Shown piece after piece: positions 13,101-25,747 of a stretch of DNA of 64,000 bases. Under the pieces are notes generated by a model that saw only the letters and a list, made by a program, of their open reading frames with translations, ran no database searches and was not told the origin of the DNA. The translations under genes were made by a program, and so were the position numbers. Each line of letters opens with the position of its first letter. The first letter of the stretch is position 1. The stretch comes from Balanoglossus misakiensis (taxonomy: Eukaryota; Animalia; Hemichordata): contig CM082577.2 in NCBI GenBank assembly GCA_040954595.2, positions 18,512,303 to 18,576,302 on the forward strand, written 5' to 3'.

Positions 13101-14210
13101 ACCAAAACATAACCCTTTCGTTTTTATGAGCCGTTTTTTGTCATCGTAAGCCTTGGAGGCAAACACTTGACAGTCTTGAATTTCATGTGTACTGTCTGCA
13201 CAACACAAACACAGAGTAACAGTCTCTGTGCTGACTGTGTAGGCGTTGCGTCTTTGTGTACCACTAGTTGCTTTCTTGATGTTCTTTGCTCCCTTGTCCT
13301 TGGATGGAATGCCGGCGAGGTTACCAAACACCTCTTGGGACATTATCTTGGCTTCCCTGTTGACAAATTCCACCAGATCTTTGAACTGCACTGTTCGTTG
13401 TTGTACGATGCTGTATGTTCTGCTGCGCCACCGGTCTCTCAACTTGAAAGGCAGTTTGTAAACCAACATTTGCAAGTTTTTGTAGTGGTTGAGCTCTCTC
13501 AGATGTGATTCACCTTTCATAGCATTTTCACACTTGGTCAAGAAAAGAGCGAAATCTTTCAAGGCGGTCTTATCCTCGGATTTCAATTCCGGCCAATCTT
13601 CTGCTTGCTTGGTGTAGGCTCTGGCCGTCACGTATGGATTGCCGAACTCAGTTTCAAGCAATTTTCTGGCTCTTTCGTATCCTTCATTCGCTTCCATGTG
13701 AATGCAACTGCTCACTATTTCTCTCGGTTCACCACGTGTATACTGCTCCAAGTAATACAAACAATCATCAGGATCTTCAGTGTTGGATTCTATGCCATGC
13801 CGAAAGGCACGTATGAATGATTTATACTGCAATGGGTCCCCATCGAACACGGGTATCGATTGCGGCGGTAAAGCGGCACGCTTGTTATGCTCAATCAACA
13901 AATTAGTAACTGTGGCTAGGTTATGATCACTACAGGAACTGTGGCTGCTATTGCTACCTGTACACGAACCAAGGCCAGGACTAAATTTCATCTGCTTGTT
14001 TACATCGGGTTTTCTTTTTTCTGAACTGCGTACAATACTGCTGACAGGACTATCAGACTTAGTAACATTGGGACTATCACATGTGTGGAAACTACCCAAG
14101 TTGCTAGCACTTGAACTCTTCATCTTGATGTTGCCCTGAAATGCAGCGGGTGTCTTAAAGAGATCTTGTATTGTATTCGTGTAAACTACTTTCATCTTCA
14201 CCATTTTCAA
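10130..14210 (-). CDS. BEL-1 gag (DUF1759-like, three Cys-His knuckles), aspartic protease, RT and Pao RNase H
   Basis: FDGDPLQY, CFGCLKNGKH, AFIDNGSD, FYVDDML, LHHFADASE, PRMELTAA. Confidence 0.95.
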
Positions 14211-14952
14211 AATGACGATACACTTCGATTATTGCATTCTGTTCAGCAATTTCTGTTTTGATTTCCAACAATTGTTTTTGTTTGTTTATTTTGGATTCCA
14301 ATTCGTCTAGCTTCTGTTTTTCCTCCAAACCTGCCATACGAGTCATCAGTTCTGCCCGTTTCACTGCGGCTGCGATTATAGATGCCTTGCTATTAATACT
14401 ACTAGCACGTGAGGACACGTGTGATGACACTCTGCTTGATCTTGCTGATTTAAATCTAGGTGTCTTACTACCAATATGGGACACGCTATCTTCTGGCTTC
14501 ACAGTGTCTGCCAACATGGAATCATGCAACCCATGGCGAAATAGCCAGGTTTCAACTTCATGCTGAAATTCATCAAACCCAGTCATACGTGGTAATGACC
14601 AACTGGTATACTTATGTTGTTTTTCTTTTTCATCCAATGACTCGTGGTATTTGACATCAGCCTCTTTGAAATTTTCAAAGGCAACTTCACATTCTTTCAT
14701 TTTAGTTTTCACCAAAATACCATTGACCTTATCTTCCATCAGAGATGTTATCTGATTCATCAATGTTGTTACTCTACCATAGATGTGTGATCTGGTAGTT
14801 TTCAATCTTTCTCTTTCAGCTTCTTTGTGCTTGTCTGTTTTTATGGAGACACGCTTGGTGTTTTCTGTAAACAAATCATTTTTCTCTGTTTCCACCATGA
14901 CCTTTGTATCATCATTGGTGGCCATTTTGCTTCTTATTCTGTATAAATTCAC
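14155..14952 (-). CDS. BEL-1 gag N-terminus, frameshifted relative to the main ORF
   Basis: Coiled-coil plus the PEDSVS/serine-rich motif typical of BEL gag. It overlaps the next ORF in the +1 frame, probably a one-base indel. Confidence 0.8.
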   Translation of the reverse strand: MNLYRIRSKMATNDDTKVMVETEKNDLFTENTKRVSIKTDKHKEAERERLKTTRSHIYGRVTTLMNQITSLMEDKVNGILVKTKMKECEVAFENFKEADVKYHESLDEKEKQHKYTSWSLPRMTGFDEFQHEVETWLFRHGLHDSMLADTVKPEDSVSHIGSKTPRFKSARSSRVSSHVSSRASSINSKASIIAAAVKRAELMTRMAGLEEKQKLDELESKINKQKQLLEIKTEIAEQNAIIEVYRHFENGEDESSLHEYNTRSL

Positions 14953-15202
14953 TGTGCTGAATGATACCCAATGCGCCCTGTACGTACGATATGCGCGGGC
15001 GAGTACTAGTATGACACAATGACCTTGAAGTTTCTGACATGCGCAGTGGCGTCTTGACCACGTACGCCAGTTTTCCTCAGCTGAGCCGAGACCAATGTAC
15101 TGCTAGACAGGAAAATACTGAAATAAATCACTGTCCTACCAGATTCTTTCTACCAATCTTCCGAAGGTGACAGATTCTGCCCGGTCGATCACAGTTTTCT
15201 AC

Positions 15203-15589
15203 TGTAGTAACCTCGATGTGCCGTCTGAAATGGCGCCCTAATTCACATCAAAGGTCACAGGGTTCTATAGAATTTGTCGTTAACTAACTGGAGCTCACCA
15301 TCGCCGACGAACATTCCTTGTCAGATGTCACAGAAAACGCTGATCGCAACTTTACACGAACATTTAATGACTGAACATACAACACTGGCACTGGATGATG
15401 CGTCGCGGTGGTTGAAGTTTCCGTAGAAAACTGGCAAAAATCCCCAGGCTAACTGTGCAAATGTCCTCACATGTGCGCCATGGAATTTTCCAGATATTTT
15501 CTAAACAAAAGCGCATGCGCTAATGTCCTCACAGCGCGAGGGCGCTAGACTAAATATTTCAGTTTCTCTAAGAACTGGGCGTCCTTACA
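15203..15589 (-). repeat. BEL-1 5' LTR
   Basis: Direct repeat of 7705-8091. Confidence 0.95.
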
Positions 15590-16027
15590 AACGTGAATCT
15601 TGAAACGTGAATCTTGAATTAGGCTAACCTCCTTCTTTCCTCGGTTGTCCACTCTCTGTCCTCTGCGAAGATGTTAAATCGCATTAGGAAAGATTTCCAG
15701 TGCTCCGTACCTTTATAATTCAATGCAGATGGTATACGCACTGCGTCCAATTTCTTTCGTGATGAGCTGTCCAGGGTGATATTGGATGATGTTGATCGGC
15801 CAACATACTGCGGGGGTGCCACGCCTGTCTGTTGTTGTGCGTGTGCGGATCCACTGCCCTTGGTTGCTGCAGTTTTGCAGCCCCTCCATCTCCCCTGGAC
15901 GATTTTTGTTTTTGCGGGGAGAGGGCGGGGCTGCAGGTACATACATACATACATACATACATACATACATACATACATAGAAGCAGACAGACAGACAGAC
16001 AGAATATTTACATGTTTGGCTGGTGAG

Positions 16028-17228
16028 AGCTGTCTTGTAATCAAACGACTAAACACCATTACTATGAAGAAAGGTGGTGCTAAGAGAGTCTGTATCGATC
16101 GTCTGGCTGGACAGTCAATGGTAATGAGTTATGACTGTGCTAATGCCATGACTGAACATTTTGGCCATGGTTTTGACCAGCCTTTTCTTTCCTGGAAAAG
16201 GGAAATAGAAGAAGGTTATGAGAGAGAAACGAAGCTATTTTTGTCACTATTGTTAGATAAAAGGCTGGTACCAGACACAACTTTGTGAATCGCACAGATA
16301 AAAGAAAACTCAAGGTGTGCAGAGATACTCTGCATCCTGGTTACTCCTTTACAGGTGATAATATGGATCTACGGATGAAAGTGAGGCAGATGACACAGTC
16401 CAATCGCAACAAGGACTACCACTTTTTCAACATGGTCGCATATAAGAATCTTGTGTCGGGGAACCATCTGTCTGATGAGAAACCACAATGGGAAATATCT
16501 CCAAAATGGAACTGATGAAGTTTCTCCCTGATGTCAATGACAATGAAATACTTGCTAATGAGTTGGGTATGGATATGGGGCAGACACATCCCTGCACTTG
16601 GCGTATTCTCTGACAAAGTTGAGAAAAATATCATGCACGAAAATATGAATTGTACAAAGAAGAAAACAAAAAAGGTAATTTTTCCAGACAAATAAATGAT
16701 CTAAAACAGCATGAGAGAATGACCTACTAATAATTACATTAGTGATCTTGAAAGCAAGGGGGGGGGGGGGTAGTACATCTTTTGTAATTCAATCCACTTT
16801 AAGGATCTTGCTCAAATTTTCATATTCATATTCCAGCATATTTTTTAATGCAGATGCACCTTGGAGTCCTTCAGAAAAAATGAGCAGTATGGGGATATGA
16901 TAGATATTGTGCAGTGTCTTCACAAGTATGTACCAAAACACACCGAATCTGCAGACAGTACAACAGCACCTGTCAAGATACTCAGTGGAGGACACTACTT
17001 GACATTTGAGAGACACAAAGAGGCCCAGTCAGCAAAAGTAGATGGCCGTACACCAAGCAAAAGGCTTCAGGGATTAATTCAAAGATTGAAGATTTTCATG
17101 TTCAAGCAGGATGGCAAAATGTATTTACATGTGTGCATGTATGTATAACACTCAAAAGCATGGGTAGAACATGGGTTACAACTACCCAAAATTTGTCAAC
17201 CTCAAAATATCTTACACATTTCTCATGT
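16028..17228 (+). pseudogene. Right-arm copy of the DUF6589-like transposase, 5' part (continues at 35470-36061 and 38056-38265)
   Basis: Mirror of 4353-5585 with an extra stop (CGA>TGA near 16286) and frameshifts. Confidence 0.8.
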
Positions 17229-17708
17229 TGTAGCTGCCTCAGTGCATTTCTGCTGTAAGCCACTCGCAGTGCCCCCTCTAGAAATGTTGTGTTTCTCGTT
17301 ACTTGTTTCCTCCAATTAGTATACACGTGGAAAGCCACACGGCGGCCATTGTTGTTGTCAGGTTACGAGTTTCTATCCGCCAAATCTTTTTGCGATCGTA
17401 AAGCTATGGTATTGAGGCTACCGAGCATGCGCTGATCGTTCTTTTCGTTGAGTTATTGAGTATTTGGACGCATTGTATTTCTGTATACATTTGCATGGTT
17501 TGGTATTATCAGTTCCCTATGTACATTGCACTTCTACAGTTTACCTGAATGGTATAGAAAGCCACTGAGTGCTACTGGATGTATGGTTACTGATGTACAA
17601 GTCAAGTAAAGTTCATCAAACACAACAGAAAGTGGTCCGTGTATCATTCTGAGTAAATAGCCAAAGGGAAGAACCCTCAACAGTAAACTAGATAACAAGA
17701 TCAACAAG

Positions 17709-20500
17709 ATGTTCACAGACACAGTCATAGGTCAACTTGAAGGTCAAGCTTTAGCGGATGAAGCCAGAGACCTGTCAAGAGACATTCAGTATGATTATGA
17801 ACTTGGGACAAGAAAACGGACAGCAACGGCCAAAGGTAGGGAGTTTAGACGCAACCTGATTCAGGAAGAATTACAGAGGATGAAGTCTAAACTTTCTAAG
17901 GCAAAAAGAGAAGCCATTGTGGAAAAGGGTTCAGAAGATGTTACCACTCTGAAACAGAAGTTGACAAGAGCGCAAATTCTGTGGCATGATATAACTGAGC
18001 TTCATGAGGAACTCAAAGAACTGACAGTCGAAAAAGATGATTTAGAGATGATAGCGGAGCAAAGACAAAATGCCCTCCAAGAATGGTGTATGTTTGAAAA
18101 AGACATCATGGGTGAAATACAACACCTAAGAGACTTGGAAATGATTAAGGTGGAAGTCAACTCTGTAAAACAGAGTATGGCAAGCAGTACCATAGCAACC
18201 GTACCCCCAGCAGTGTCAGGTCAATGAAAATGGAGCTGAGAAAAAAGGAAGCTGCATTGAGAGTTCAGCTGTCTTTCATCAAAAGAGAAGAACAGCTGGA
18301 ACGAGAGGAGCTCGAATAGAGAAGGAAAATAGAACAGTTAAAGATAGAGAAAAGCCTTGCTGAAAATCAGGCGCAGCAAGAGGTCATGGAGGCTGAGGAA
18401 TCAGATGATGACAGTCAGAATTTGAGCAGCCTAGTACCGTCCGTCAGCAACAGGAAAGCTGATATGGAGAAATTCCTGAATTCACTGCCTAATGAAAATA
18501 ACGGAACAAAAGACAAAAAACAGGATGCTATGCAGGTCAATAATAATGTGCAGTCTTCCATGTCACAAGAAACTGCCAACGTAGTGACAAGGTTGGTAAA
18601 CTCTTTTCGACTCCCCCCCCCCCCCCCAGTAAGGGTGGAAGTCTTCAGTGGGAATCCACTCCAGTTTCCCAACTGGGAATCGTCTTTCAATTCCCTCATC
18701 GAGTCGAGAACACAGTCACCTGATGAGAGACTGAATCTTCTGAGTCAACATTTGACAGGAGAACCCAAGAGCATGGTCAGCAGCTATCTATTGCTACAGA
18801 CTGAGGAGGCGTACATACAAGCCAAAACAGAACTGAAGCAGAGGTATGGGAACAATACCATTATTTCAAAGGCATTCATAGACAAACTGGCAGCATTTCC
18901 GAAAGTCCAACCACGCGATGCTGTTGCACTGAGACGGTTTTCCGATCTCCTGAATGAGGTGATAGCAGCAAAGCGGATAATACATGATCTTGGCGTTTTG
19001 GATTACCCACAAGAAAATGCAAAGTTGATTGCAAAGATGCCATCGTATGTGGAAAGCAAATGGAGGTCAGTAGTGTATGCAAAAATGAACAATGGACGGT
19101 TCCCACAGTTTGAACAGTTTGCACAGTTCATAAAGGAAAGAGCTCTAGAAGCAAACATACCAGCATTTAATACTGCTGTCACTGAAGCAACGACCCGAAA
19201 GGAGGCCCTTAAAGGTGAAAGAAAGTATATCAGTAAGGGAGGAAGTCCACATGCAGATGCAAGAGCTTTAGCCACAAATGCAAGCAGTGACACCAAAGAG
19301 CAGAATTGCCCATTCTGTAAAGAAACTCATCACATCGATGACTGCGGCAAGTTGATGGATGTCGCCAGAGGTGTACGTAAGCAATTCTTCAAGAAAGAAG
19401 GCCTGTGCTTTGCCTGTGGTATGACCAACAAACACAGAGGAAGGGATTGTACAAACAAGGTGAAGTGCAAGAAGTGCTCAAAGGAACACTTGACACCGCT
19501 ACACTTTGATGAGCAGCCTGCTAGTGCTACCAGTGTCAGCCACTGGATCTCAGCAAGCAACAAGGACGCTCATAACACTGACAATTCTATGATTGTACCG
19601 GTATGGGTGAGAAGTAAAAGCAACCCAGAGGTAGAAGTCCTACAATATTGTGTTCTTGATCCACAGAGCAACACTTGTTTCATATCGAAGTACTTACAGC
19701 GAAAACTTGGACTGTCTGGCCACGACATAAAGCTGACGTTGTCAACAATGCAGAAAAACGGTGATGTGGTCAACACTAAGAAGATCAGAGATTTAGAAAT
19801 CCTGAGCTATGATAGGAAGGTGGTTATCCCTGTGCCTACAGCCTACACTAGAGATCATGTCCCTGCAGAAAGACGTCAGATCCCTACGCCAGAGACTGCA
19901 ATGAAATGGGGCCATCTACAACAGATTTCTGATCGGATATCCATATATGCCAGACGTGAAAGTGGGTATACTGATTGGTAACAATGTGCCATCCGCCGTA
20001 CGACCGAGGGATATCATTGCCGGTGAAGAAAACCACCCATATGGCCAGAAATCCATACTCGGATGGGGAATAGTTGGCGCAATCTCATCAAGCCATGATG
20101 AAGCTCACAATGTTGCAGTGTCAAACCGCATTGTGATTGCAGAGTCTAATATGGAGAATCAGCCTCCAGTGGTGACAATTTAGTATTAGGTCATCAAAGC
20201 ACTTCATGGTGCCCACAACTGCGAAAGAGTTGGTGAGTCCTCAGCAAGTTCAACAGATGTTTGAGAGGGATTTCACTGAACATAGAGGCAAACAGGAAAG
20301 TCTGTCGGTGAAAGATCAGAAATTCATCAGTTACCTGTCGAAGAACATCATTCAGCGAGGAGACGGTCACTATGAAATGCTGCTACCCCTTCACTATGAC
20401 AGTATTCGTCTACCGAATAACAGACCATTGGCTTTGAAAAGAGCATTACAGCTTAAACGGCGTTTCAGCAGAAACCCAAAGTACAAAGAAGATTACTTCT
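17709..20500 (+). pseudogene. BEL-2 gag-protease with stops and frameshifts
   Basis: FSGNPLQFPNW, CPFCKETH, CFACGMTNKH, CVLDPQSN, ILIGNNVP, LGWGIVG, GHYEMLLP..LPNNR. Confidence 0.9.
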
Positions 20501-20539
20501 TACCCTAGGAGATAGGTGCCGTTAATCAGAATTTTTGGT

Positions 20540-22105
20540 GAGGAAGGTTTGAGAAGTCCAATCTATGTAAAAAATTATGCTGATTCCAAAAAAGTCAGTC
20601 TTATTGACCCCACTCAAGACAAAATTGCCATATTGGCCATTTTTAACCAAAAAATTGTATTTTTTAGAAAACACTAAAAACACACTGTTTTCGTCATATT
20701 CTGAGATCTGATGACATATGATATGCTTATTCTATGTAAAATTTGGTGAATATTACGAAAAAAGTAGCCTGATTAACCCAAAACAACACAAAATTGCCTT
20801 TTTGACCATTTTTTGCCCAAAAAACTTCATTTTTAGAAATAATTTAAAACACACGATTTTCGTCATAATGATTGATCTGGTGATATATGAAAAGTCAATT
20901 CTACGTTAAAAGTGGTGACTTTAAAAAATAAAGCAGTCTTTTTGACCTCAATCAATACAAAAATGCCATTTTTGGCCACCTTTTGAGGTCAAAAAAGGTC
21001 ATTTTTACAAAAAAAAAACTAAAAACAAATTGTGTTCTTCATATTCAGAGATCATTGGATATATGAAATGTCCATTCTATGTAAAAAATGGTGCTGATTC
21101 CAGAAATAGCAGTCTTATTGACCCTTCTCAAGAAAAAATGCCATTTTTGCCACTTTTTGCCCAAAAACGTCATTTTTAGAAAACACTCAAAATTTATATA
21201 TTTTCTTCACTTTCGGAGATCTGATAATGTATTATATGCCCACCCTATGTAGAATTTGGTGATTATTCGAAAAAAGCAGATTTATTGACCCAACCTAATG
21301 CAAAAATGCCCTTTTGGAAAGTTTTTGCCCAAAAAGGCCATTTTTAGAAAAAAAAATTAAAAACAAACTTTTCTTCATAAAGCTCAGAGATCATGTGATA
21401 TATGAAATGTTCATCCTATGTAAAAAATGGTGCTGATTCCAGAAATAGCAGTCTTATTGATCCTACTCAAGAAAAAATGCCATTTTTGTCGCTTTTTGCC
21501 CCAAAAACGTTATTTTCAGAAAACACTCAAAATTTATATATTTTCTTCACTTTCGGACATCTGATAATGTATTTTATAATATACCTCATGCTAATACTGT
21601 GCCGTGATTCGCCAGAATCCGTCACGTGATAGGAAAATAGAATCGACTATGAACCGCTAGGGAAATAGCAGAAAAAATATGAACCGGTCACGTGACCAGC
21701 GTGAGTGCGCAGACTCGGTCACGTCAATCAGCGTCGCGTCGTCTGACACAATGGCCACCGCGGAAGATGTCGTCTGCCAACCTCAAGAGAAAATTGCAAG
21801 ATTTTCCCAGCTGTTAGCATGAGGTTTATTATAAAACACCTATAGCCTGGCCTATATTCGGGCCATAGCAGCCGTTTTTACCCCCTCGTGACTGTGAGTT
21901 ACCAGAATCATATGCTATTTCCCTCGGCCTGCGGCCTCGTGAAATAGCATATGATTCTGGTAACTCACAGCCCCTCGGGTGTAATAAACGGCCGCTATGG
22001 CCCTCATGGCCAGGCAATAGGTGTTCAATATGCCCACAATATGTGAAAAATTTCCAAAAGCAGTTTTATTGATGCCACTCAAGATAAGAGTGCCTTTTTG
22101 GCTAA
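20540..22105. repeat. A-tract-rich tandem array of ~171-bp monomers with alternating (dimeric ~340-bp) structure
   Basis: The motif gcagtcttattgaccc recurs near 20598, 20768, 20936, 21112, 21279 and 21452, and the array resumes after the MITE at 22029. Confidence 0.8.
21579..22028 (+). mobile_element. Complete hairpin-ended non-autonomous element (Crypton-V-like) inserted at TA in the satellite
   Basis: Near-identical reverse complement of 9715-10129, with a ~190-bp terminal hairpin at 21835-22026. Confidence 0.85.
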
Positions 22106-23763
22106 ATTTAGTGGGCCTTATAGAAAGCAAACTTAACGATGTAAACTACATAATTATCACCCCCGATCGACGTAAAACTCGACGGGTTTGCCATATTAAT
22201 ATGCTCAAGAAATATTATAATCGAAATAGTGAGCAGTCCTGTAAATCCTCAAGTTGTGCTATGGTAGTACCCTGCCAAAATGATACAGATGACATTGAAG
22301 TCAATACGTCACGTATAGCACCTCAAAATGCAAGGTTGTCCAACTCTGAAATTTTGACAGATCTTGACTTAAAATTAGGTCATTTGTCAAATGACAAAAA
22401 GAGCAATGTATGTAAATTGATAAAAGATCATCCAAGTATTTTCAGGGATGAACCAGGTTGCACGCCTTTAATAAGTCATGATATAGATGTGGGCGGGGCA
22501 ACACCTATCAAACAACACCCATACAGAGTCAACCCAACTAAATTATCACAGATAAGGGAAGAAGTCCAATATATGTTAAAAAACAAATTAATAGAACCTA
22601 GTGAAAGTAGCTGGAGCTCCCCCATCATACTGGTACCAAAAGAGGGTGGAACTATGCGATTTTGTGTCGATTTTCGCAAAGTTAATTCTGTAACTCGCAC
22701 AGATTCGTTCCCCATTCCACACATAGAAGATTGTGTAAATAGAATTGGTAAATCTCCATATGTAACTTAAATAGATCTCCAAAAAGGCTACTGGCAAGTC
22801 CCTTTGACAGATAGGGCTAAAGAAATTTCTGCATTTGTGACCCCCGATGGATTGTATCAATTTAGAGTAATGCCTTTTGGTTTAAAAAATGCGCCAGCCA
22901 CATTTCAAAGACTAATGAATAAAGTCATAATTGGTTTACATTTCTGTGTGGTATATCTTGACGACCTATTGGTATATAGCATGACATGGGACGCTCATAT
23001 TTCCCATTTGTCCGATTTATTTGATAGACTGGAGCAGGCAGGACTCGTAGTTAATTTACAGAAAAGCGAGTTCGGGAAAGCCCAAGTTACATACCTTGGA
23101 CAAACTATAGGTCAAGGTCAAGTGGCGCCATGAGAAAGCAAAGTGCAGGTCATAGTGCACTTCCCCGCTCCAACCAATAAACGACAATTAATGAGATTCT
23201 TAGGAATGTCTGGCTACTATCGAAAATTTTGTGCAAATTATAGTTCTATTGCTACTCCACTTACTGACTTGTTGAAAAAGGATGTTAAATTTGAATGGTC
23301 ACAATCTTGCCATGAATCGTTCGACAAGATCAAAGCTTTATTAATTAATGAACCTGTGTTACAGGCTCCAGACTTCAACAAACCATTTAAACTCGCCATC
23401 GACGCAAGCGACGTTGCTGTCGGAAGCGTTTTATTACAAGATGACGACCATGCAATAGAACATCCAGTGAGTTATTTTTCTAAGAAACTTAACAAACATC
23501 AACTGATGTATTCTACCATTGAAAAAGAGGCATTAAGTCTAGTTTTGTCACTTCAACACTTTGAAATTTATGTGACTAATGGCGTTGGTGACACAATTGT
23601 GTATACAGACCACAATCCACTCGTATTTCTAGAGAAATTTAAAACTAAAAGTAGACGTCTATTTCGATGGAGTTTGTTATTGCAACCATATTCACTTAAG
23701 ATTGTTCATATACCAGGTAGACAGAATGTAATTGCTGATACACTTTCAAGAATTAAGATGTAA
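22106..23763 (+). pseudogene. Gmr1-like Gypsy pol 3' part: integrase tail followed by RT and RNase H
   Basis: The integrase C-terminus KLNDVNYII..HINMLKKY precedes RT (PIKQHPYR, CVDFRKVN, YLDD) and RH (IDASD, YTDHNPL, NVIADTLSR). In-frame stops at 22768 and 23131. Confidence 0.88.
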
Positions 23764-23884
23764 TGTAATTTATGTTAATTAGAAAATTTTCATGCTAAAA
23801 TAATTATTGAAATTGGTGATTTGAAACCTGCCCGTTAAAACGTCACTATTTAATACAGTGACGTTTTTTCTTTTGAGGCAGAGG

Positions 23885-24625
23885 TGTTACGATAGAACTT
23901 CTGAAGTGACCAGGCTGATAGGTTGACAGTCTTTTGTTAAGCAGTTAATTTAATTATGTGACCAGGTGGACCAATCAATTATTCAAATTACGGCCATATA
24001 TAAGCTCGTGGACTGCCACGTCAGTGGTCGCCTATCATTGTTGATCAGTGTGAGTCACGTCGTTCAATTCGGTGCTCTGTGTGGATCCAGCTTCGTTGAA
24101 CTTTATTGCGTGTGGGCTCCAGTAAAGTGTTTGGGACTGTGGATTGACAGTCTGCCTACTGCTGCTGATGTTCCAGGAAGTTCCGTCATTGTGGTGTTCC
24201 GGTGAGTGCGTTCCCGTGAACTTTAATAAGTCCTGCGGATACGAAATTCCGTGCCGTTGCAGTTACCTAGTACCTGGCGGAACCTGGACTTTGGAGTACG
24301 TAGCTATTCTCCGTAGACGTGGACTCGACGGCAGTTGTCGCATGTATACCTGGCTTTAAAACGAAGTTTGAACGTCGTGCAAGGTAACGAGAGCTCTCTA
24401 GTCGGACAGTCGTTAGGTCGAACAGTATAAGTTTTTGTTAGTCTACCTGGTCACGCTTCTTTTAATATTTATTGTTGTAGATTGTAAATAAGTATTCTTT
24501 TTCATTGAAGTTTTATTTAATTAAATAAGTTGTGAATAGTTTAACTCATACCAAGAGTACGTTGTCTTTTGTTTGACCATCTCTTTTGCCAGTAAAACTC
24601 TCTGGCCAGCTTAGAGGTCGTAACA
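23885..24625 (+). repeat. 3' LTR of the Gmr1-like element
   Basis: TGTTACGA...TCGTAACA termini, preceded by the PPT gaggcagagg. Confidence 0.88.
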
Positions 24626-24849
24626 CATGAGCAATACAAAGCACTTCAAGCGACTTCATCAAAACGCTACAACCTAGACATAGTTAGTTTCTGTAGTAAC
24701 TTTAACAAACCAATCGACTGTCATGATACTGGCTTTCTGCCATCATTTTATGGGGAAGTGATTCTTTATTTGCATGAATCATTTGATGAAGATAAAATAG
24801 AAAAGCTAGATTCTGCACTGATTCAAACTGGTCAGATCAATTTATAAGG

Positions 24850-25747
24850 TTGAGAAATAAGATGCCGTTTTTTCCTGGGTTGACTAAATTTGGAATTTTG
24901 TTCATGACAGATATTTTTATGGGGAAAATAACGAATCAACTGAGGTTGACTTGTTAAACTTTTATCACAAAATGCCCAAATGTTATGAAAATGTTGTTTA
25001 TGCCAGGTCACTATTATAATATATCTATGGTTATACAGTGTTTTAACTAAGTTTGTTGTAATCGGGGTTATTACCAAACTTGAATTTCTTTAGCGACTGA
25101 ATCTCGATCCTGTATTTACCCCTTTAACTAGTTTAGTGATGATAAAAATTTTGAAAATTACTCTTTGAGCAGTTTCTTGTTTCAAATTTTGTAAAATGAA
25201 TTTATTTTGGAGTTTTATAATTGTTATTTTGTGGGTGAGATTATCTGTATTGGCGGCTATTTTGAAAAAAAATGAAAAAATGGTTGCCATGGAAACTCAA
25301 CAACAGATATTGTGGCTCGCTATCTAAATTTGTTTAGTTTACATTAATGCACATCTGAGCCAAGTTTGGTGCTTGTATCACAAAATGCACAATCGATTTG
25401 TTATGTCGCTGTACTGTAGACGTTAAACTGTGTTTTATCCTTTATTCTATATTCATAACTATTTCGGTGACCACAAATACTTTGCAAATCACCCTTTCTA
25501 TAGTTTCTGGTTTCAAATATCATAATCTGAAAGTACCTTGGTGTTCTTTAGTCGTTATTTTGTGGGAAAGATTAATGTAGTGGCGGCCATTTTGAAAAAT
25601 GGTTGCCATGGCTTCCCGTTAACAGATATTAAGTGGCTCGCTATCTGAATTTGCTTAGTACACAGTAACACACATCTGAGCCAAGTTTGGTGCTTTTATC
25701 ACAAAATGCACAATCGCGATGAAAATTGGGGTTTGGCCGCTCCACTA
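24850..25747 (+). mobile_element. Two tandem Academ-type terminal regions (ends at 25416 and 25747)
   Basis: Two related units end ...ccaagtttggtgct..atcacaaaatgcacaatcg...cgctgtactg and ...ccgctccacta (YAG termini). The superfamily call is from memory of Academ ends. Confidence 0.55.

Larger units (their letters stand above)
7705..15589 (-). mobile_element. Full-length BEL/Pao LTR retrotransposon (BEL-1)
   Basis: Two 387-bp LTRs (TGT...ACA), a 5-bp TSD AACAT/AACGT, a purine-rich PPT at ~8092-8101, and gag-PR-RT-RH-INT order. Confidence 0.97.

Noticed and set aside
14155-14210. Programmed frameshift in BEL-1 gag
   Set aside because: The shift is +1 with no clear slippery site, and BEL elements usually have one ORF, so an indel is more likely.
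10209-14654. Plus-strand ORFs over BEL-1 (and similar antisense ORFs over other pol genes and HECT)
   Set aside because: They are antisense shadows of long coding frames with no recognisable motifs.
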